From Polyangiaceae bacterium (lineage in GTDB: Bacteria > Myxococcota_A > Polyangia > Polyangiales > Polyangiaceae), in assembly GCA_965222375.1 (NCBI GenBank), contig CBDCTZ010000014.1, positions 160,001 through 224,000 on the forward strand: a stretch of DNA of 64,000 nucleotides, in the 5' to 3' direction. Within the stretch, counting starts at the first letter, position 1. The number at the start of each line of letters is the position of its first letter. This document shows, piece by piece, positions 19,457 to 30,323 of the stretch. A program made the translations under genes and the position numbers. The notes below the pieces were generated by a model, which searched no databases, was not told the DNA's origin, and was given only the letters and a program-made list of their open reading frames with translations.

Positions 19457-19897
19457 TTGTCACGATTCGTCACCCCGCGGGATCGAGCGCTCGTCCTGTA
19501 TCGCGGAAACCTGGAGCGCTTGGTGGTTCCGTTTTCGTGGTTCAAGACGGTACCGAAAGGGCCGCGTCCAGACTTCTCGCGGTCTTGCGTTGCGGACTTC
19601 GGGCAGACGATCGCTCTTGGGGAGTACGAGGCTGCCGTGGACGCCGTGTTGTTCGAGTTTGACGCGGACGCTCGACGGCGCATGAAGGATCGCGAGATTG
19701 CTCAGGATGATTCTTTTGGTGGTGCGCTGAGGCGACGGCGATTGGAGCTTGGCCTTTCACGTTCGGACTTCGCACCGTTGCGGGCGAAGACCATTGCGAG
19801 GATCGAGCGAGGGGAGGTCGCGGAGCCTCACGGGGCTACGATGGACGTGATTGCGCAACGGCTCGGCGTTAGTGCGGATGAGATTGGGTCGTACTGA
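19457..19897 (+). CDS. XRE-family HTH protein with DUF2442-like N-part, probably 5' truncated
   Basis: FGGALRRRRLELGLSRSDF...TIARIERGE...IAQRLGV HTH; only a TTG start with no clear RBS. Confidence 0.65.
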   Translation: MSRFVTPRDRALVLYRGNLERLVVPFSWFKTVPKGPRPDFSRSCVADFGQTIALGEYEAAVDAVLFEFDADARRRMKDREIAQDDSFGGALRRRRLELGLSRSDFAPLRAKTIARIERGEVAEPHGATMDVIAQRLGVSADEIGSY

Positions 19898-19930
19898 CGC
19901 CCCAAAAGCGTGCACCCAGAAAACCGCCAC

Positions 19931-20827
19931 TCACAATGCGGCGCCCAGGGAGAGGCCGAGGAAGAACAAGGTGGGCTTGGAGCCGGAGCAATCGATTTCG
20001 CTCCTTCGCGCTTCGACGCACACATCACGCTGGTTCAGGGGTTCGCCGAGGCCCATGTAGAAGTGCGCGTTGAAGCCGGTGGCCGCGCGCAGCTCTATCG
20101 CGGGGCTGACGTTGACCCAGTGTGCAAAGTCCCAACGCTTGGTGTCGTAGTCACCCAAGTAGCAGGCCTTGCAACTCCTCCACTCGTACGGGCCACCGGA
20201 CCAGCTCAACTCAAAGCTGAGCGCCATCGAGAGAAACGGAATCCGCGCACGCACGCTCGCGGCTGCCTGCCCTCCTTCGGCCCCCATGCCACCGCCAACT
20301 ACAAAACCGAAGTACCTGGCTAAGTCATGCTCATACGCAACCCCCAAGAATCCGTACGGCGTCCCGAGTCCAAGATGCACCTCGAGCAGGTTGTTCCGGT
20401 CCCAGCGATTCGGTTGTTCCTCCTGCTCAGGCGCAGGCCGATCAGGGTTCCTCGGCGCGTAGTAGCCGCCCGGTGGAAACCAGGGGCTGTAGCCCGTGGG
20501 CGCGTTTCTGTTGCCGGACCCTGCCGCGGGCGGAGCCACCACTGCGTTGGGTGGTGGGCCTGGAGCCGGGCCAGGCACGGCCGTCGGTGGGTCGAGCGAG
20601 TTCGGCTTCGAGGACTCCGCCACCGGTGGGAACGCGCGCGTCGGCGGTGGTGTGTCTTCTGCGCGCGCCGATCCCGCCACGGTGAGGCACACCAGCCACG
20701 CATAAAGCACCCAGGGGCGCTCGAAGTCACCCATCGCTCGCTGGACAAGGCCCAGCGCTGTGTCGCGAAAACTCCAGATGCACCGTCTGCCATCGGCGTC
20801 GCCGGAACGATGTAGCGGGCGGGTCAT
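19931..20827 (-). CDS. Exported protein with Pro-rich linker and outer-membrane beta-barrel-like C-domain
   Basis: Signal-like segment ending ARA, alternating beta-strand pattern; start 20827 (ATGA overlap) or 20734. Confidence 0.6.
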   Translation of the reverse strand: MTRPLHRSGDADGRRCIWSFRDTALGLVQRAMGDFERPWVLYAWLVCLTVAGSARAEDTPPPTRAFPPVAESSKPNSLDPPTAVPGPAPGPPPNAVVAPPAAGSGNRNAPTGYSPWFPPGGYYAPRNPDRPAPEQEEQPNRWDRNNLLEVHLGLGTPYGFLGVAYEHDLARYFGFVVGGGMGAEGGQAAASVRARIPFLSMALSFELSWSGGPYEWRSCKACYLGDYDTKRWDFAHWVNVSPAIELRAATGFNAHFYMGLGEPLNQRDVCVEARRSEIDCSGSKPTLFFLGLSLGAAL

Positions 20828-21711
20828 GTAGAACACAGCTTTGGTGAGTCCACGCTGATCCGGGTTTCGTTCACGCAGAGGGTCATCGCCTGGCCGACGC
20901 ATTGGGGGAGCGCCTGTACGCCATTGATGCAGCGCGCGTCTGGGGGGCCGTAGTCGCAGCGGGCCTTGTCGTCTTCTTCGACGCACGTGCCGCCGAGGGC
21001 CGCGCAGTCGTGATAACGAACTTGGCTCGAGACGTCGCATGCCAGGCGAATGTTGCCGTCGCAGTGACTCCCGCGCTGGCGGGAAACTGGGTCGCAGACG
21101 GACAGGGTGCGGTCCGTACAACCCGTCTGGCTCTGAGGGGAGCACTGGGCGAACGCCCGAGAGCAGTCCCGCTGCAACGTCTCGAAGCCGTGCTTCAGTG
21201 TCGCGGTGTCGCCTTTGCAGCTCACGTCGTACGGGCCGCCAGCCACGAGCTTGCAGCCGTCCGAATCGCATTCGATGTTTTCCGGACGCGCCGTGACACA
21301 ACTTTGCACTGCGGCGCAGTCAGTTGCCTCGAGGGCGCACTTCACGAAGAACTCAGCACGCTCACTTCGAGGGGTGAACAGGCTGAGCGGAACCGCCAGT
21401 TCGGCAGAGACTGCTGCGTCGCCGACGCAAAACAACAGAACGAACTGCAACGAGACCATGCTGTACCCATCCGGAAACAGACACTCGGCGAAGCGCACGC
21501 ATGCCTGAGCAATTTGCTTGGCCGACAGCGGCGGCATTCCCGCGGGCCTGTCGGGCCACGCCTCCTGGGCGTTGCTCGCCACGGGCCCGATGGCGGTCGC
21601 TGGTCGATCACGGAATGGGGGTAGGTCTTTGGGAACGGGGTCCGCGCGACACGCAAGCGTAGCGAGTGCGATCGCGATGGGAAGCGCGAGACGGGCGCTC
21701 GTGCGCTGCAT
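20824..21711 (-). CDS. Cys-rich lipoprotein
   Basis: Lipobox-like ATLAC, many paired Cys. Confidence 0.7.
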   Translation of the reverse strand: MQRTSARLALPIAIALATLACRADPVPKDLPPFRDRPATAIGPVASNAQEAWPDRPAGMPPLSAKQIAQACVRFAECLFPDGYSMVSLQFVLLFCVGDAAVSAELAVPLSLFTPRSERAEFFVKCALEATDCAAVQSCVTARPENIECDSDGCKLVAGGPYDVSCKGDTATLKHGFETLQRDCSRAFAQCSPQSQTGCTDRTLSVCDPVSRQRGSHCDGNIRLACDVSSQVRYHDCAALGGTCVEEDDKARCDYGPPDARCINGVQALPQCVGQAMTLCVNETRISVDSPKLCST

Positions 21712-21938
21712 GTGCGTTGCTAGTGCACCTGGCGTGCCATCGGACGGCGAGGTGGCGGCTGCACTTCGTGTTCGGGGAATGCGGGGTGTCGGCGCAGGCG
21801 ACGCCGAGTGCGGGTGTTGCGGTCCGGCTACAGCGCGAGGGTTCAGATGTGTGCGGCGGGGGCACTGCGCGCTGGTACACGTTGTTCAGGAGCGCGGGGC
21901 GGCAGGCAGCCGCTGCGCCTGAATGCTACGGTTGTTTC

Positions 21939-22991
21939 GTGAGCTGGGGGTGGCTGAGCTGGGTGTTTAGGGGGGCCGTGGGGGTTGGGCTGGTGGCCGG
22001 TGGTGCGGGGGATGCGCCTGTGCCGGAAGCGCAGGTGCCGGAGGTGCAACTGCTGGGCAACTGGATGATTGGCGCCACGCAACGCGCCAAAGCGTGCCTG
22101 CGTGGCGAGTTGCCCTCCCGATTCGACGCGTCGAAGTACCCAGCGGTTCGTGCTGCGGTCAGAAAGTGCCTGGGGGACGGTCCCTTTGCGATCGACGCTT
22201 CGGGCGTTCGGCAGCTCCGATTCGGAAAGGAGACGCGGACCGGTCGAGTCGTGGAGTTGCTCGTGACATGTGGGGACCTGTGTCCTCACTACACCCAGGC
22301 CAACGTCGCCTACGAGGGCATACGCAGCTTGCGAGAGTGCCTGTGTATCGGCGGTTCGTACTTCGGAGGTTGCGCGCCCAGTCACGAGCCGAGGGCTGTT
22401 CGAGACGTTCATGTAAAGCGGCATTGGGACGGCAAGGAGATCTCTTATCGGATGTATGGTGGAGTCAGGGCCTCTCGAGGCGAACAGTACGGGTTGCATC
22501 AGGGCTGGGCGCTGCTTGAGGTAGACGGTCACAAGATGATGAGTGCGGCGCACGGGCAAGAAGCACTTGATTGGATGCCCGTGCGCCCACCGAAGTCGTT
22601 GTTGATTGCCTCTCCGCGTTCGGACCGGCCACCTCGTGAGGTGCACTACGTGCCGTGGCACACGATCGAGTACCTCCGCACGGAGGTGAGCAGGTTCGGT
22701 CCACCGTTTCCACGCGCACGATACTGCAGCAAGAACCGCACGGCCGGCGTGGGCGTAGACGGACTCGACGTCATGGGGCTCGATCAGACATGTCGTGACG
22801 AGGACACGAAGGCCCGCCTGCGCCTTGCGCGCTCGATACGACGGGAGGCGAGAAATCCGAGCAGCGGCTCCAAAAAGTTCCCGGGTTGCGATGCCATGGC
22901 GGGCCTCGCAATGGCCTACTCGGCGACTCTTGGCGGGTTAACCGTTGAGGCGCGCTACGTGGGCTGGCTGCCCGCGCGCGGGGGGTGGTGA
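21939..22991 (+). CDS. Hypothetical exported protein
   Basis: Long open frame, GTG start at 21939 before a hydrophobic stretch, CGDLCP motif. Confidence 0.55.
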   Translation: MSWGWLSWVFRGAVGVGLVAGGAGDAPVPEAQVPEVQLLGNWMIGATQRAKACLRGELPSRFDASKYPAVRAAVRKCLGDGPFAIDASGVRQLRFGKETRTGRVVELLVTCGDLCPHYTQANVAYEGIRSLRECLCIGGSYFGGCAPSHEPRAVRDVHVKRHWDGKEISYRMYGGVRASRGEQYGLHQGWALLEVDGHKMMSAAHGQEALDWMPVRPPKSLLIASPRSDRPPREVHYVPWHTIEYLRTEVSRFGPPFPRARYCSKNRTAGVGVDGLDVMGLDQTCRDEDTKARLRLARSIRREARNPSSGSKKFPGCDAMAGLAMAYSATLGGLTVEARYVGWLPARGGW

Positions 22992-23018
22992 CCCGGACTT
23001 CTTCCACGAGCTGACTCC

Positions 23019-23417
23019 CTACTTCGGCTGCAACTCGAAGGTTAGCGACACGAGTTTGGCGGGCGTGGCGCAGTGGCCTACGAAGCGTAGGTACACGTCC
23101 TGGCTTTGAAGGGTGTAGCCGGGAGCTAGCGCTTCCACTTTGTAGGTCGTGCTGGGAGGGTCTGCGCCCGTGGAGATCTTGCCGCAGGCCCAGGGCTGTC
23201 TGATCTCCGAGCTCTTGCCGTTGCCGGTGAGGCACAGGAAGGCGTCGCAAATCGGCTCTCCGGTTGAGGCGTCGTTGATAGTGACGGCCAAGGACTTCCG
23301 GGCCCCGCCCGCGCAGTCCGGATCTGAGCAACCCGCCGCGGCTACGAGGAGCGCAATCGTGCAGCTGGCCAGCCAACGTCGCGGGGTCGGCTGAACGCGC
23401 GCCTGGCGGCTATTCAT
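23019..23417 (-). CDS. Small lipoprotein, carboxypeptidase-regulatory-like beta sandwich
   Basis: AAAGC lipobox; VTINDASTGEPI...YKVEALAPGY pattern. Confidence 0.6.
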   Translation of the reverse strand: MNSRQARVQPTPRRWLASCTIALLVAAAGCSDPDCAGGARKSLAVTINDASTGEPICDAFLCLTGNGKSSEIRQPWACGKISTGADPPSTTYKVEALAPGYTLQSQDVYLRFVGHCATPAKLVSLTFELQPK

Positions 23418-23461
23418 CGCCTCGGCGTGCGAGGTTGTCCTCACTTGCGAGCCTTGCGCGG

Positions 23462-23490
23462 TTGACGATTGGTGTCAATATTGACACCAT
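23462..23490 (+). promoter_or_regulatory. hicAB promoter with perfect 20-bp palindromic operator
   Basis: TTGACG (23462) - 17 nt - CACCAT (23485); palindrome tggtgtcaatattgacacca at 23470-23489. Confidence 0.75.
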
Positions 23491-23495
23491 GAGCT

Positions 23496-23861
23496 GTGGC
23501 GAGCATCGACGACATTCTCCAAGAGATGCGGAGCAATCCTGATGGCGTTCGGTTTACCGACGCGTGCAAGGTGGTGACGAGCTATTTCGGCGAACCAAGG
23601 CAGGGCGGGACGAGCCACAAGGTCTGGAAGATGCCTTGGGCAGGCGACCCTCGGGTCAACATGCAACGGGGCAAGGCTGGGAAGGCCAAAGCATACCAAG
23701 TACGCCAAGCCGTCCAGGCCATCGACAGGCTGGTTGCGGAGCGCGCGGCCAGGGCCGCCGCCAAGGTAGCCGATGACGCGGGGACCGGCTTCAAGACGAA
23801 GAAGGGCAAAGCCACAGGAACCAAGGCGAAGACCAAGAGTAGAAAGAACAGTCGGAGATAA
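23496..23861 (+). CDS. hicA: HicA-like toxin
   Basis: NPDGVRF...FGEPRQGGTSHKV...RVNMQ...KAKAYQVRQ; upstream of hicB. Confidence 0.8.
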   Translation: MASIDDILQEMRSNPDGVRFTDACKVVTSYFGEPRQGGTSHKVWKMPWAGDPRVNMQRGKAGKAKAYQVRQAVQAIDRLVAERAARAAAKVADDAGTGFKTKKGKATGTKAKTKSRKNSRR

Positions 23862-23864
23862 TCG

Positions 23865-24203
23865 ATGTCCAAGAAGGTGCCTTTGAGCAAGAAGTATATG
23901 TACCGCGTGGTGTGGTCCGGGGAAGACGGCGAGTTCGTTGGGCTCTGCGGTGAGTTCCCGAGTCTGAGCTGGCTTGCGGGATCTCCCGAGGCTGCGCTGA
24001 AGGGGATCATGAAGGTGGTGGCTGATGTCGTCGCCGAAATGCAGGCAAACGATGAGTCGCCTCCGACGCCCATCGCTACCCGCGAGTACAGCGGGGAGTT
24101 CAAGCTTCGGGTCCCGCCGGTGCTGCACCGTGCGCTCGTGATGGAGGCCGCCGAAAACAACGTCTCCCTCAACCGGCTCGTGAACGCGAAGCTGACAACG
24201 TGA
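23865..24203 (+). CDS. hicB: HicB antitoxin with C-terminal ribbon-helix-helix
   Basis: YRVVWSGEDGEFVG...EFPSLSW...YSGEFKLRVPPVLHRAL...SLNRLV. Confidence 0.88.
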   Translation: MSKKVPLSKKYMYRVVWSGEDGEFVGLCGEFPSLSWLAGSPEAALKGIMKVVADVVAEMQANDESPPTPIATREYSGEFKLRVPPVLHRALVMEAAENNVSLNRLVNAKLTT

Positions 24204-24327
24204 CCCTGCGTTCCCCGGGGCCTATCTCGAGAGTAGGGGCCCAATGCCGCAACGTGAACCGACCCCAAAACAAACGAGGAGCTAGGCGCGATGGTTGGCG
24301 GGCCGTTCCGTGAAGGCGGCCGAGGGG

Positions 24328-25887
<1,560 letters not shown>

Positions 25888-25952
25888 TTACCGTGGCGTG
25901 CCCCACGCCAGGCTCTCGTGCTACAACATCGCCGGCTCGAGGAGAGGAAAAT

Positions 25953-27191
25953 ATGAGGCGAAGTGCGCTCGCAGCAGCGGTCTTGCCCGCGCTGACCAGC
26001 TTGGCGTGTGGCGGCGTTCCGGACGATTCGGAACCAGTGAACGAGACCCAAGGGCACATCGTTGGCGGCAACGTCGACGATACGGACAAAGCGGTCGTGG
26101 GCCTCGCGTTCAGTGGCGCTGACCTCGGGTTTCCGTTCTTTTCCGGACACTGCTCGGGCACCTTGATTGCTCCGAACCTGGTGTTGACGGCCCGACATTG
26201 CATTGCGCTCACCTCGGGAGGCGGACCGTCGGGTGGCGTCATCTGTGGGCAGACCAACTTCAGCCAGCAGGGCACCGGCAACTTGTTCCGAGTGACCACT
26301 GAAACCGTGCGCCCCAACCAAGACGGCCCGTCCTTCTATAAAGGTGTAGGCGCCGTCGTGGTGCCGGAGAATTCGACGGACATCTGTGGCAACGACATCG
26401 CGCTGATCATTCTCGAAGGGGAGGGCATTCCCGAGAGTGTCACCAAGCCCATCATTCCGCGGATCGACAAGCCCGCGGGACCGCCAGAGGTGTATGCGGC
26501 CGTCGGTTACGGCCTGACGGATCCGAACAACGACCAATCCAGCGGCACGCGCATGCGTTTGGATGGCAATACGGTCAGCTGCAAGGGTACGTCATCGTGC
26601 CTGCCGGTGTTTGGCGGCAGCCAGGTGAAAGACACGGAGTGGATGGGCGATAGCCGCACCTGTCCCGGGGATTCCGGCGGTCCGGCCCTCGACGAGCAGG
26701 GGCGAGTCATTGGCGTTCTGTCGCGGGGTCCGCAGGGTTGCATTTCGAGCGTGTACGGCGATGTTGGTTCCTGGAAAGATCTGATCATCAACACGGCCCT
26801 CGAAGCGGCGAAGTCCGGCGGTTACGAGCCGCCGTTCTGGGCCACCTCCGGTTCGAGCATTCCTCCTGTCGAGCCGGATGCCGGCGCCGACGCGGGCGGG
26901 CCGCTCGGCGAGTCGTGCACGGGCGCGTGTGCCAATGGCTACCAATGTTACAGCTCTGGCGGTCCGACGGGCGTTTGCGTACCGACCTGCGATCCCACCA
27001 GTGCATGCCCGTCGGGCTACACCTGCGATGGCAAGCTTTCGGTGTGTACGCCGGACTCGAATACGAAGGGCACGAGCGACAGCGGGGACAGCGGTGGCTG
27101 CGCGGTGGCGGGGCCGGTGCGCCCAGTGCCGTGGGGCTGGGGCGCAGCGATGCTGGGTCTGCTCCTGCTCCGTCGCCGACGTAGGCCGTGA
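25953..27191 (+). CDS. Trypsin-like serine protease lipoprotein with MYXO-CTERM tail
   Basis: RBS GGAGAGGA; IVGG, LTARHC, DIAL, GDSGGP; GGCAV...LLLRRRRR. Confidence 0.9.
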   Translation: MRRSALAAAVLPALTSLACGGVPDDSEPVNETQGHIVGGNVDDTDKAVVGLAFSGADLGFPFFSGHCSGTLIAPNLVLTARHCIALTSGGGPSGGVICGQTNFSQQGTGNLFRVTTETVRPNQDGPSFYKGVGAVVVPENSTDICGNDIALIILEGEGIPESVTKPIIPRIDKPAGPPEVYAAVGYGLTDPNNDQSSGTRMRLDGNTVSCKGTSSCLPVFGGSQVKDTEWMGDSRTCPGDSGGPALDEQGRVIGVLSRGPQGCISSVYGDVGSWKDLIINTALEAAKSGGYEPPFWATSGSSIPPVEPDAGADAGGPLGESCTGACANGYQCYSSGGPTGVCVPTCDPTSACPSGYTCDGKLSVCTPDSNTKGTSDSGDSGGCAVAGPVRPVPWGWGAAMLGLLLLRRRRRP

Positions 27192-28195
27192 GCGAAGCGT
27201 CCACAAGCGAACATAGCGCTGCGTCGGCAGCCACTTCCGCCAACGATGGTGGTCATGGTCACGGTCACGGTGGCTCCGGGCATGGTCACGGTCATCGGGG
27301 CACGCCAACTCGGGTTCTGACCGTTGCCTTGGGGCTGACGGCGACCTTCATGGTGGTCGAAGCCGTGGGCGGCTGGATGACGGGCAGTTTGGCGCTGCTC
27401 GCAGACGCCGGGCACATGTTGGCGGATGCGGGCGCCTTGGCGCTGGCGCTGGTTGCGCAGCGTTTCGCCGCGCGTCCGCGCACTCAACACACGACCTTTG
27501 GGCTGCGCCGTGCGGAAGTCCTTGCGGCTTTTGTCAACGGGATCGCCCTGGCCGTGACGGCGCTCTTCATCGTAAAGGAAGCGGTCGAGCGCTGGATGGA
27601 GCCTCGCGAGATCCATGCGCCCGGCATGCTTGCGGTTGCGGCCGTGGGCCTCGGCATCAACTTGGTGGTGGCGAGCATTCTGATGCGCGCGCAGAAAGAC
27701 AGCGTCAATGTGCGTGCCGCGTTTGTTCACGTGGCGATGGATGCTCTGGGATCCGTTGCTGCGATCATCGCGGGCCTGTGCGTATTGTTCTTCGACTACA
27801 CTCGGGCCGATCCGGCGCTGAGTGTGTTGATTGCCGGTCTGGTCGCCTACAGCGGCTGGCGCGTGATTCGTGAGACGACCGCCATCTTGCTCGAAGCGAC
27901 TCCCAGCCATCTGGACGTGATGGCGATTGAGAAAGTGATTCGGGATTGCCAGGGCGTCCGTGACCTTCATGACTTGCACGTTTGGCGAATTACCGACCAA
28001 TTCGACGCTCTGACGGTGCACGTGACTCTGGAGCGTGGGGCCCACGGGGTGGAGGTTTGCGCGGCGATTCGGGAACGGCTGCAGGACGCATTTGGCCTGA
28101 CCCACGTGACCGTGCAGCCCGAGGCGGCGCCGCCGGATGCGGTCGTCGCGGTCCGCTCGAGTCGGGATGGCGCGCCCATCCGCCACGCCGGCTGA
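27188..28195 (+). CDS. czcD: Cation diffusion facilitator (CzcD/ZitB-like Zn/Co/Cd efflux)
   Basis: His-rich N-terminus, SLALLADAGHMLAD, HVAMD, DLHDLHVW, HVTVQPE. Confidence 0.93.
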   Translation: MSEASTSEHSAASAATSANDGGHGHGHGGSGHGHGHRGTPTRVLTVALGLTATFMVVEAVGGWMTGSLALLADAGHMLADAGALALALVAQRFAARPRTQHTTFGLRRAEVLAAFVNGIALAVTALFIVKEAVERWMEPREIHAPGMLAVAAVGLGINLVVASILMRAQKDSVNVRAAFVHVAMDALGSVAAIIAGLCVLFFDYTRADPALSVLIAGLVAYSGWRVIRETTAILLEATPSHLDVMAIEKVIRDCQGVRDLHDLHVWRITDQFDALTVHVTLERGAHGVEVCAAIRERLQDAFGLTHVTVQPEAAPPDAVVAVRSSRDGAPIRHAG

Positions 28196-28264
28196 CAGAC
28201 GGCTAGTCTGGCTGAACGTATCTGGGTGTGGGCCTTCCGCGCGCGCGTGTGGCATGATTCCGCT

Positions 28265-28714
28265 GTGCGCAGCTTCCTTTGGGGCTTCGGCCTAGTTTTT
28301 CTCGGTTGCAGCGTGTTCCCGGATTCGGCGCCGGAGCTCGATGGTCGCGCCGGGGCGGGTGCGACCGGGGGATCTGCGGGGAGCGGCGCGGGAGGCACTG
28401 CGGGCGTATCGGGTGCGAGTGGCACGGGGGGTACATCGGGCGGTGGCGCGGGGGGCACGTCGGGCGGCAGTGGAGCGGGGGGCACGTCGGGTGCCAGTGG
28501 CACGGGAGGCGGAACATCTGGAGCGTCGGGCTCAGGTGGGACGCCGGACGATGGCGGTGCGTGCTCCAACGGTAGCAAGGATGGTCTGGAGACCGATATC
28601 GACTGCGGCGGTGGGGTTTGCCCTCAGTGCCCGAACGGGAAGGCTTGCCTGACCGGCAGCGACTGCATCCACAAGTGCGTGTCCAAGAAGTGCTGTAACA
28701 ACAACTGCCAATAG
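28265..28714 (+). CDS. Gly-rich/Cys-rich lipoprotein
   Basis: VFLGC lipobox, Gly linker, CSNGSKDGLETDIDCGG repeat. Confidence 0.7.
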   Translation: MRSFLWGFGLVFLGCSVFPDSAPELDGRAGAGATGGSAGSGAGGTAGVSGASGTGGTSGGGAGGTSGGSGAGGTSGASGTGGGTSGASGSGGTPDDGGACSNGSKDGLETDIDCGGGVCPQCPNGKACLTGSDCIHKCVSKKCCNNNCQ

Positions 28715-28785
28715 CCCGACCGACACGGCTCGAAGGCCACATACGCCGTTCCCCTGGCGGCAGCCGCCGCGGGTGGAGCCGTGTC

Positions 28786-28952
28786 ACACGGGAGGAGACT
28801 GCTGAGACGGCGCCACGCAGGAGGAGACTGATCGAGCCTGGTCGAGGTGGCGCCAAGCGGGAGGAGACCGGTCGAGGTGGACGAGACGGCGCTAAACGGG
28901 AGGAGACTGCTGAAGGCCAGTCGGGACGGCGCGCCCATCCGTCGCGCTGGCT
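28786..28952. repeat. Four GGAGGAGAC-containing degenerate repeats followed by a copy of the czcD 3' end
   Basis: Motif at 28791, 28820, 28860, 28899; 28919-28952 matches 28160-28193 at 30/34 nt. Confidence 0.7.
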
Positions 28953-29058
28953 CGGAGGGCCGAGAAAATCCGGGATTTTTCGGGCGTGGGGCGCCCGCTG
29001 CCCGGGCGGTTTGGCTCGGCGCCCACCGTCGACTTCCTCGTGATACCGTTGTCGCGAC

Positions 29059-29460
29059 ATGGTCTCGAACGAGGATGATCTTCAGGCATTTTTGATACGG
29101 CTCGACCGCCACTTCGAACGCGCCGACGACGGCACGTTCCTGGTCAGCATGGGCGGCGGCCAGGCACCGGTTGCGGTCCGGCTGGCTCCTCCCGTCCTGG
29201 TAGCCCAGGTGGAAGTGGGGCCGGCCCCGAAAGGCGATAGCGGTCTGGAAGCCAAGGTCTTTCGCTTGCTGCTCGAAAAGAATGCTTCCGATCTCGTGCA
29301 CGCCGCCTACGCCCTGGAAGGGGACACCATCGCGCTTGCGGCGGCTCTGGAGCTCGAGAGTTTGGACATGAACGAGCTGGAGGCTGTCTTTGCGGACATG
29401 GGGCTCGCCCTGTCCGAGCACGTGCCCGCGTTGAAGGGCTTGATCGACAAGAAGGGCTGA
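29059..29460 (+). CDS. CesT/Tir-like chaperone
   Basis: Small acidic protein, FRLLLEKNASDLVHAAYALEG; directly upstream of pspA. Confidence 0.7.
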   Translation: MVSNEDDLQAFLIRLDRHFERADDGTFLVSMGGGQAPVAVRLAPPVLVAQVEVGPAPKGDSGLEAKVFRLLLEKNASDLVHAAYALEGDTIALAAALELESLDMNELEAVFADMGLALSEHVPALKGLIDKKG

Positions 29461-29495
29461 GCAGCCAGTCACCGATATGGATCTGAGATAAGAAG

Positions 29496-30319
<824 letters not shown>

Positions 30320-30323
<4 letters not shown>

